Of a stretch of 64,000 bases of DNA, positions 29,491-36,505 are shown one piece after another. How positions within the stretch are numbered: the first letter of the stretch is position 1; each line of letters begins with the position of its first letter. The position numbers were made by a program, and so were the translations under genes. Below the pieces are notes generated by a model. That model did no database searches and was not told where the DNA came from. It saw nothing but the letters and a program-made list of their open reading frames with translations. Source of the stretch: a virus (taxonomy: Duplodnaviria; Caudoviricetes); IMG/VR virus record IMGVR_UViG_3300025502_001322, positions 1-64,000 of that record. One strand, 5' to 3'.

Positions 29491-32235
29491 ATGAATGTTT
29501 TTGACCTCTTTAAAGAATCCTATGGCGTTGGCGTAGTAGCCAGCAAGGCCCAAACAAAAGATCCACGGTATAGTCACAGTGTCACTGTTGACGTAAAGCC
29601 TGATACTTCTAAGAAGAACAGAAAAGCGTTAGGATTATCTGAAGCACAACGAGAGGATGGTTCTTTTGCAAGCAGGGACGAGTTTTATAAAAACATGTAT
29701 CCCATGGCATTAAAGGCAGTTAGCAAATTAGGATTACAGATTCCACCTGAGTTGTTAATTACCCAATGGGGATTTGAGAGTGGATGGGGTTCTAAAGTTT
29801 CTGGCGATAATAACTTTTTTGGTATTAAAGCCGATAAAGGTTACGAAGGTGACAGTAAAGAAGTTGCTACATCTGAATATGAAGATGGTGAGAAAGTAAA
29901 CATCAAAGATAAGTTTAGATCCTATGACAACGTAGACGACGCAGTAGATGACTATGTAGATTTTATTAAAAGTAACCCAAGATATACAGAAGCAGGCGTA
30001 TTCGATGCTAAGAACAGTGAAGAGTACATGGCTGCTTTACAAAAAGCAGGATACGCAACTGACCCTGAGTATACAGATAAGATTCTAAAACAAGAGGCTA
30101 TTACTAAAAAACAAATTGCAAAAGTTGTTCCACCTGAAGAACAGGAAAAACTTAAAGCGGAGCAACCAACAGTTTCTACAACACCCCGGGCGGCAGAGCC
30201 TGCTACCCCAGAATACGATGCATTTGGAAATGTAGTTACTGATAAAGGATTTGATCCGGATAACAGAAAAGCCCAACGGGCGGCAAATAATGTTGCTAAG
30301 AGCGACACAAAACAGGCAAGAGACGATGCTATTAATGCAGAGTTAGGTGGAGCAGATTCCGCTGGTGCAACACAAAGCACAACAACTCCAGCAGGATCGG
30401 CTGGCAGTGCGTACAGTATTAAGCCAGGCGACACGCTAAGTAAGATTGCTAAAAACAATGGCACTACTGTTAGCGCATTAATGAAAGCAAATCCTCAAAT
30501 TAAGGATGCTAACAACATTAAAGCTGGTGCAAAATTAAACTTAACGACTCCAACACAAAAAGAACCTGCTGACGACAGCAACAAGTACGCACAAGCAGGC
30601 AAAACAGCCTTGCCTGATTCTGTAAGTGTAAAACAACGTGAACTAGACGATGCACAAGCAGGACTTGAAGCAATCACGTTAAACGGCACACAGGAAGAAG
30701 TAGCAAAAGCACAAGCAGATGTAGGCAGATTAACGAACGCAGTACAGTTTAACAAAGCCATGCAAGCAGGTGGTGTAGAGGGTCCCGGCACACTTACGAA
30801 AGATGACACTAAGTATCTCAGAGACAAAGAAGGTGCATTGTTACAAGGCAAAGACGATGTAACAAGTATTGCAGACGATGACCTAAACCGTAGACGTGCT
30901 GAAGCCTATGCGAATCAGCAAGAAAAAATGGGCAATACTGAAATAGCAGATGCCGCTCGTGCTGAAGCCAAGAGACACGAAGCATTACGCAACGAAAAGT
31001 TAACAAAAGGTATTACCTTTGGTCAAGGTTCTTTAGAACAGCAAGAACAACAAATGAAGCAGTGGGATAAGACTAACGCAGAAGGTGGAGATCCTACACA
31101 GAGTTGGAAAGGTGGTGTAATTACTGATCCAACGGAACTTACAGACTGGCAAAAAAGAAATCAAGAAGCAGATCAAAAACAAAAAGAACAAGGCAACTAC
31201 ACTGTCACTAAAGACATTGACGCCCTTAGAAAAGAAGTAGAACCCACTGTAGAACCTACTGTAGAACCTAAAGTAGACATGAGTACTGCTGGTCAAGCTG
31301 GAACCGACGACTTTATGAAGTCTGGTCCTGGTACTACACCAGAAAAGCCTGTTGTAAGCACAACACCAACAGGTCCTGAAGTAGACGACATATCAAAGGA
31401 CTTTCCAGCAACACCTAAAGTTGACCCTTATCCTAATCCAGGTTACAAAGATGAAGAACTTAGAATTTATAACCAGTTAAGTGATGGGCAAAAGGCAAAA
31501 GTTGTTGGTGACTTTGAAAAGTCTAAAAATAACACTGCCCAGCAAAGAAAGAATATTACACCAGGTACTGGACCAACAAGTATCCCAGATGCTAAACCAA
31601 GATCATTACTGGATATCAAACACCAACAGACACTGAGTGACATTGAAGGTGGTAAGGTATTAGTAGACCCTGCACAAGCTCGTGAAATTAGTAAAGCATT
31701 GACACAAAACTACCCAAGTATTCAGGCAAGAAATGCCGCTATAGAAAAGTTGCGTTATACTGCACCAAGTCTACAGGATATACAAAAAGTCCCGGCGCCT
31801 ATTGTGGATAAAAGCACAACGCTTGATACTAACACAGCACGAAATATAAACATAGCAACCAATAAGATAGGTGATGCTTACGGAGTATTAAGTCGAACAA
31901 ACGCAAACGTACCAGCCGCTAAAACAACTGCCCCTAGGAGTGCTGTAGGTCAAGCAACAATAGGATCAAAGCAAACAGTAGGCGTAACAGATCAGCAAAG
32001 AGCGCAACGGCAAGCAGATGCAGATGCTAGGAAAGCACAGCAAGAAGCACAAAAGGCAGAAGCGACGGCGAAACAAGAAGCACAAAAAGCAGAACAAGAA
32101 CGTAAGCGACAACAGCAAGCACAACAGAGGCCAGTAGTAACAACCGGATCAACACAAACAGTTAAGCCAGTTAGGTTTAGTCCTAGCGGCGGCATTGCAG
32201 GTGAAAGTGCCATCTTTAGGGCTATAAACAAGTGA
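29491..32235 (+). CDS. Virion-associated peptidoglycan hydrolase: GH73 glucosaminidase + LysM + long low-complexity tail
   Basis: QWGFESGWG, NNFFGIKA, FRSYD, GYATDPEY (FlgJ-type); YSIKPGDTLSKIA...N.I.AG LysM; TAAATA 29458. Confidence 0.85.
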   Translation: MNVFDLFKESYGVGVVASKAQTKDPRYSHSVTVDVKPDTSKKNRKALGLSEAQREDGSFASRDEFYKNMYPMALKAVSKLGLQIPPELLITQWGFESGWGSKVSGDNNFFGIKADKGYEGDSKEVATSEYEDGEKVNIKDKFRSYDNVDDAVDDYVDFIKSNPRYTEAGVFDAKNSEEYMAALQKAGYATDPEYTDKILKQEAITKKQIAKVVPPEEQEKLKAEQPTVSTTPRAAEPATPEYDAFGNVVTDKGFDPDNRKAQRAANNVAKSDTKQARDDAINAELGGADSAGATQSTTTPAGSAGSAYSIKPGDTLSKIAKNNGTTVSALMKANPQIKDANNIKAGAKLNLTTPTQKEPADDSNKYAQAGKTALPDSVSVKQRELDDAQAGLEAITLNGTQEEVAKAQADVGRLTNAVQFNKAMQAGGVEGPGTLTKDDTKYLRDKEGALLQGKDDVTSIADDDLNRRRAEAYANQQEKMGNTEIADAARAEAKRHEALRNEKLTKGITFGQGSLEQQEQQMKQWDKTNAEGGDPTQSWKGGVITDPTELTDWQKRNQEADQKQKEQGNYTVTKDIDALRKEVEPTVEPTVEPKVDMSTAGQAGTDDFMKSGPGTTPEKPVVSTTPTGPEVDDISKDFPATPKVDPYPNPGYKDEELRIYNQLSDGQKAKVVGDFEKSKNNTAQQRKNITPGTGPTSIPDAKPRSLLDIKHQQTLSDIEGGKVLVDPAQAREISKALTQNYPSIQARNAAIEKLRYTAPSLQDIQKVPAPIVDKSTTLDTNTARNINIATNKIGDAYGVLSRTNANVPAAKTTAPRSAVGQATIGSKQTVGVTDQQRAQRQADADARKAQQEAQKAEATAKQEAQKAEQERKRQQQAQQRPVVTTGSTQTVKPVRFSPSGGIAGESAIFRAINK

Positions 32236-32507
32236 AAGTAGTGGACATACAGTTTGATTTACTATGTAAATGGTCTAAGGCACCACCGACATACAGGTTG
32301 TACTGTAACGGAGATTTACTAACAGAGCGCACATATACTTTTGATAACACAAAAGCGTTCGTGCGTGAACTGTCAAAGGTAGAACTACCAGCAGGAGAAA
32401 GTGAATTTGTTGTTGAGAACATTAATCCTGAATTAGGGACATTTGATGTGTGTAACATCTGGATCGCTGGTAAAGAAACAAATAGTCTTAAGTTTACGGT
32501 AGCATAA
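32232..32507 (+). CDS. Hypothetical protein
   Basis: 91 aa, GTGA coupled. Confidence 0.5.
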   Translation: MKVVDIQFDLLCKWSKAPPTYRLYCNGDLLTERTYTFDNTKAFVRELSKVELPAGESEFVVENINPELGTFDVCNIWIAGKETNSLKFTVA

Positions 32508-32528
32508 ATACAAAAAAAGGTTAGTAAA

Positions 32529-32933
32529 ATGAAAGCAACAGACATTATTGAAGAAGGCATTTTAAGCGACATGGCTGCCAAAAGCGAGCAGGATCATGAG
32601 ATCCAAATGGCTCGTGGGCAGTTATATAAGACAGCAAAGTATGCTATTGAACTACACAACATGTTAAAAGGCATTAGCGAAGAGCAAGGCTTAGAAGCAT
32701 GGGTTCAAGCAAAGATTACTAAAGCCGCAGACTACTTGGGTGCTGTTAAGCATTACTTAGAATATGAAATGTTATCTAACGGTGAGATGCCAGTAGAAGC
32801 AGTTGAGCCTGAAGTTGAAACAGAATTAGAGTTAGGTGAGACTACTACAGCAGGTGGAGTTGCAACCAGTATGAGCGGCAACGGATTTGCTAGTGGCGGC
32901 CCAGGTGATAAGAAAAAGGTTATTAAACGATAA
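32529..32933 (+). CDS. Probable head-internal protein
   Basis: TAAATA 32505; N-terminus MKATDIIEE; LEAWVQAKITKAADY motif. Confidence 0.55.
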   Translation: MKATDIIEEGILSDMAAKSEQDHEIQMARGQLYKTAKYAIELHNMLKGISEEQGLEAWVQAKITKAADYLGAVKHYLEYEMLSNGEMPVEAVEPEVETELELGETTTAGGVATSMSGNGFASGGPGDKKKVIKR

Positions 32934-33538
32934 TGAGTAACGATATCTACAAAATACTAGAAGGTATGGACAGCATTAAGTCTAGTCATAAAGACCAGGT
33001 TAAAGGATCTGACAGGCCCAGTAAGGGCGAAAAGAAGTATGATGGTCCTTATACTAAACATCCTTTCCAGGGTAAACTTGTGGGTGAAGTTAAAGAAGAT
33101 GAGTTATCAGAAGAGTTTGACAAGTTTGATAACTCAGAACTAGTAACAGAGGCACAGTTTGATGAAGCCGCAGGCGAGAAAGACGCTTGCTACCATAAGG
33201 TCAAGTCACGTTACAAAGTGTGGCCCAATGCATACGCAGGTGGTGCATTACTTAAGTGCCGTAAAGTTGGTGCCAAGAACTGGGGCAATACGGGTAAAAA
33301 GAAAAGCAACGAAAACGTAGAGCTTGATAACAAATTAGATGTTAAAAAGTTGTTAACTAGCCTTAGTAATAGTAAAACCGTTAATAGTGACAGACTTGTA
33401 GACGCAATTGAAATGCGGTTCATGCATAACATGACCTACAAAGAAATAGGCGAAGAATTAGGTGTTGGTCCTCAAAGAGCCGCTACGATTATTGGAAAAG
33501 CACTACGCTTACTGAGGGCGCAATACGCTAGGCCTTAG
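32933..33538 (+). CDS. Modular probable head protein with C-terminal sigma70 region-4-like HTH
   Basis: CYHKVK.RY.VWP.AYA.GAL.KCRK module; IEMRF...MTYKEIGEELGV...R...I..KAL..LR HTH. Confidence 0.6.
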   Translation: MSNDIYKILEGMDSIKSSHKDQVKGSDRPSKGEKKYDGPYTKHPFQGKLVGEVKEDELSEEFDKFDNSELVTEAQFDEAAGEKDACYHKVKSRYKVWPNAYAGGALLKCRKVGAKNWGNTGKKKSNENVELDNKLDVKKLLTSLSNSKTVNSDRLVDAIEMRFMHNMTYKEIGEELGVGPQRAATIIGKALRLLRAQYARP

Positions 33539-33571
33539 ACTTTAAAAAAATGGATTAGGCATAGAATAGAA

Positions 33572-33805
33572 ATGAGAATAACAGACTTTATAACAGAAAA
33601 ATGCTGGAAAGGCTGCGATCTGCTCGACCAGGTGATCATGGCGACCAGCCCAGACGCCTTTGCGCAGTTTCAGGCTCGCTTGGATATGCTACCTAAGCCT
33701 AATGACCGTTTACGCAAAACTATGCTCACGCCTGCTCCCTGGTTGAGCAGAGAAGACCCAAACAAAAACCGAACTGGCAAAGCCAAGAACGTTGTTACCA
33801 AATGA
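33572..33805 (+). CDS. Chimeric ORF: phage head-protein ends flanking a DUF1778 antitoxin C-terminal segment
   Basis: MRITDFITEKCWKG | CDLLDQ...LTPAPWL | SREDPNKNRTGKAKNV; internal segment 56% GC. Confidence 0.7.
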   Translation: MRITDFITEKCWKGCDLLDQVIMATSPDAFAQFQARLDMLPKPNDRLRKTMLTPAPWLSREDPNKNRTGKAKNVVTK

Positions 33806-33957
33806 CCTTAATAGTAGAAGAAATTACAATTTGTAGAGGGTGCTGGCATCCCGCACACTGTGGACACAGTTGTGTAGATGAGGACTGTGATTACTGCTCG
33901 GAATGCCATTGTGAAAAATGTAGAGAAGAACATGCGAGCAAGCGAAATAATACGTGA
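33802..33957 (+). CDS. 51-aa Cys/His-rich metallothionein-like peptide (not in track)
   Basis: MTLIVEEITICRGCWHPAHCGHSCVDEDCDYCSECHCEKCREEHASKRNNT*; 9 Cys, 5 His; ATGA overlap. Confidence 0.7.
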   Translation: MTLIVEEITICRGCWHPAHCGHSCVDEDCDYCSECHCEKCREEHASKRNNT

Positions 33958-34153
33958 AGAGCCAGTAGCCAGTAGTTGGATTACTGACTTGGATTATTTT
34001 GTTTTTGATAACGGTGGTACCGCTGTTAGAATGAAAACCAAAGGTGGTGGAGAGTACTATATAGATGGTGCATCTCAGACTGACTACGATAGATGGATGC
34101 AGGCAATAAGCAAAGGCAAACACTGGTGGTCGGACATCAAATATTCTTATTAA
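33932..34153 (+). CDS. KTSC-domain protein
   Basis: VASSWITDLDY...V.M...G.EY....Y..WM.A.SKG pattern; likely start MRASEIIRE (track start 33878). Confidence 0.65.
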   Translation: MRASEIIREEPVASSWITDLDYFVFDNGGTAVRMKTKGGGEYYIDGASQTDYDRWMQAISKGKHWWSDIKYSY

Positions 34154-34230
34154 TAAAGGAAATTAAAAATGGCAAGAATTAAACAAATGGTCACTAAGGC
34201 ACACAGAGTCCAAGGTCGATAAATACTACT

Positions 34231-34638
34231 ATGCTTATAAGAGAATTGTTTGAAGACCAGAGTCCAGTAGCACCGTTAAATAGACCGTTGCCAGACACCC
34301 CCACCGATACAGACCTAGCACAATTAGGTCCTGACGCTGAAACAATTATGGCTATTACACAAGATGCTGGCACAAGAGCCGCCATTAAAGCACTAGCAAG
34401 TAAAATTGCTCGTAAAGAACAGTCATCTGACTCTAAAACATATAGAGACGCACCTTATTTACAGTTAGTGACAAGTATGGGACAGCACCCAGAGTTAGCT
34501 GATGAGTATAATCGAATCAGCAGTACTGCTGTACGTAAACAGCAACAACAACAACAAGCACAACAGCAGGCACAACAACAACGCCCAGGCAGTAGTTTAT
34601 CTACGATCAAGTCAACTGGCACAATTGCACCTTCGTAA
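34231..34638 (+). CDS. Probable head-internal protein with poly-Gln tract
   Basis: TAAATA 34220-34225 is 5 nt before ATG; MLIRELFE N-terminus; QQQQQQAQQQAQQQ. Confidence 0.5.
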   Translation: MLIRELFEDQSPVAPLNRPLPDTPTDTDLAQLGPDAETIMAITQDAGTRAAIKALASKIARKEQSSDSKTYRDAPYLQLVTSMGQHPELADEYNRISSTAVRKQQQQQQAQQQAQQQRPGSSLSTIKSTGTIAPS

Positions 34639-34677
34639 TTTAATTTATTCAACAAGAACAAAGGAGGTTAAAATCGT

Positions 34678-35331
34678 ATGTATGTATGGAACCACATAGA
34701 TAATATAGATCCAGATATGGTTCTAGAAATTAAAGATTATTATAGAAACAGTTACAGTTTACAAAAAGAAGTACAAAAAATAATCTATGAACAAGACAAC
34801 GGTTTTGTAAAGTTAAAAACAGAGGACGTATTTGAAAAATGTCCTAAGTTTACATATTGGTGCGAAGATGTTGCAAAGATTAAGATAGATTATATAGGAT
34901 ATCTAATCAGTGCTCCGTTTTATACTTTAAAACATTGCCACATAGACACAGACACTACTGGCGTAGGAATTAACTTTCCTGTATCTGGTTGTGATCACAC
35001 TGAAACAATATTCTACGAACCCAACAATAATGTAAGAAGTGTATTGCTTGACGAACATGCCCATAAAACTCGCATTGTTTGTTATAGCGACAACTGGGTA
35101 CAACTAACAAAATACAGTTTACACACACCCACAATATGCATTAACACTATACCGCATGTATTCACAAATACCGGAGAAGGACTCCGTATATCAATGACTG
35201 TGAGATGTACTCCAGATACCGTGCCTTTTAAATTAATGAAAGGCTGGGACACCAGCAAAGATGCTATAAGATGGGGAGTTGATTGGTATGAAAGTTGGTA
35301 CGGGCACCCTAAACCACCGGAGAATAGTTAA
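34678..35331 (+). CDS. 2OG-Fe(II)/cupin-like protein, paralog of 35332
   Basis: HIDTD, GINFPV, IPH...N...R.S. Confidence 0.55.
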   Translation: MYVWNHIDNIDPDMVLEIKDYYRNSYSLQKEVQKIIYEQDNGFVKLKTEDVFEKCPKFTYWCEDVAKIKIDYIGYLISAPFYTLKHCHIDTDTTGVGINFPVSGCDHTETIFYEPNNNVRSVLLDEHAHKTRIVCYSDNWVQLTKYSLHTPTICINTIPHVFTNTGEGLRISMTVRCTPDTVPFKLMKGWDTSKDAIRWGVDWYESWYGHPKPPENS

Positions 35332-35904
35332 ATGTGGTACTGGAACTGGCTGGATTGTGATGAGCGTGTAACACATGACATACAGCGTTATTACAACACA
35401 AGTCAGGATCTACAATGGATTGTGAAAAAAGCAATAGCAGGGGCATATCATACGTTTGTGCGGATGGATCTTCAGGGGTTTGTAGACAACTGCCCGTTAC
35501 TTACACGATGGATGAAGCGTAACAACGTATATCCAGCTTATATGATATTCTTTGTATCAAGCCCGCATGACGATCCCGACTACAAACACACTGATATAGA
35601 CGAAGCTGGTGTATCTATTAATTTTCCCATAGCAAATTGTCTAGGCACTTCATGTATATTTTATCACAAACCAGATGATCTGAAGATTAATCTAGTTGAC
35701 TTAGGTAACGGACATGTGTATAATGATTGTTTAACAGAAAAAAAGTGGCACGAGCATTCAAGATACGAACTAGTAAAACCTATAATAATGAATAATCAAG
35801 TACCTCATAGGTTTACAAATCCTAAAGACTCTGTTAGAATATCGTTTAGTATTAGGCTTGATCCTACAAAAGAATTACCAACACACTTAATCAAGGAAAA
35901 TTAA
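35332..35904 (+). CDS. 2OG-Fe(II)/cupin-like protein, paralog of 34678
   Basis: HTDID, SINFPI, VPH...N...R.S. Confidence 0.55.
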   Translation: MWYWNWLDCDERVTHDIQRYYNTSQDLQWIVKKAIAGAYHTFVRMDLQGFVDNCPLLTRWMKRNNVYPAYMIFFVSSPHDDPDYKHTDIDEAGVSINFPIANCLGTSCIFYHKPDDLKINLVDLGNGHVYNDCLTEKKWHEHSRYELVKPIIMNNQVPHRFTNPKDSVRISFSIRLDPTKELPTHLIKEN

Positions 35905-36158
35905 TGAAAATTTATAACACTGAACAAAAAGCAAAACTTAATCAGGTTATTAACGAAGGCATTGCAGTTATGCAAGAAGTCGAAGACCTTAATGCTGGTC
36001 TTAGCGATACTATTAAAGCAGTAGCAGAGTCTATGGACATTAAACCTTCAGTGCTTAAAAAAGCAATTAGAATTGCATTTAAATCAAAACTTGGTGAAAC
36101 TACTCAAGACCACGAAGAAACTGTAAATATCCTAGAAACTGTCGGCAAGACACTCTAA
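35904..36158 (+). CDS. dsDNA-binding protein (T4 DsbA/GapR-like)
   Basis: 84-aa helical; size and charge pattern resemble T4 DsbA; precedes polymerase. Confidence 0.55.
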   Translation: MKIYNTEQKAKLNQVINEGIAVMQEVEDLNAGLSDTIKAVAESMDIKPSVLKKAIRIAFKSKLGETTQDHEETVNILETVGKTL

Positions 36159-36440
36159 TTGGGAAACATCAAAAACTTTTGGGTTAACAGTTATAAAAGT
36201 GACCACATAGCGTTCTATCTTGAACTAATTAGTTTTGTTACAACAGTTGGTGCTAGTGCAACCTTGGCGTTTACAGCAGACGCCCCGAATATGATTGTGA
36301 TATACCCCGGCTTCTTTGTTGGGTGTATTACGGGTGCAATAGCATACTTGCGTAGAAGGTTACCTTTTCCGTTTTTGTTAACTAGCTGGTTTGCATGTGT
36401 TAACATATTTGGATATGGTGTAGCATCTGGATGGTGGTAA
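36159..36440 (+). CDS. Three-TM membrane protein
   Basis: Hydrophobic segments; TTG start. Confidence 0.6.
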   Translation: MGNIKNFWVNSYKSDHIAFYLELISFVTTVGASATLAFTADAPNMIVIYPGFFVGCITGAIAYLRRRLPFPFLLTSWFACVNIFGYGVASGWW

Positions 36441-36505
36441 TATGTCTTGGCAATGAAAACTTATTCGATAGACTTCCCCTTTACCGATTATAGTACAATA
36501 AACAT

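Noticed and set aside
31240-32130. Short tandem repeats (VEPT x3, QEAQKAE x2) and the poly-Q at ~34545-34582
   Set aside because: Ordinary low-complexity linkers in frame within coding sequence; no sign of phase variation
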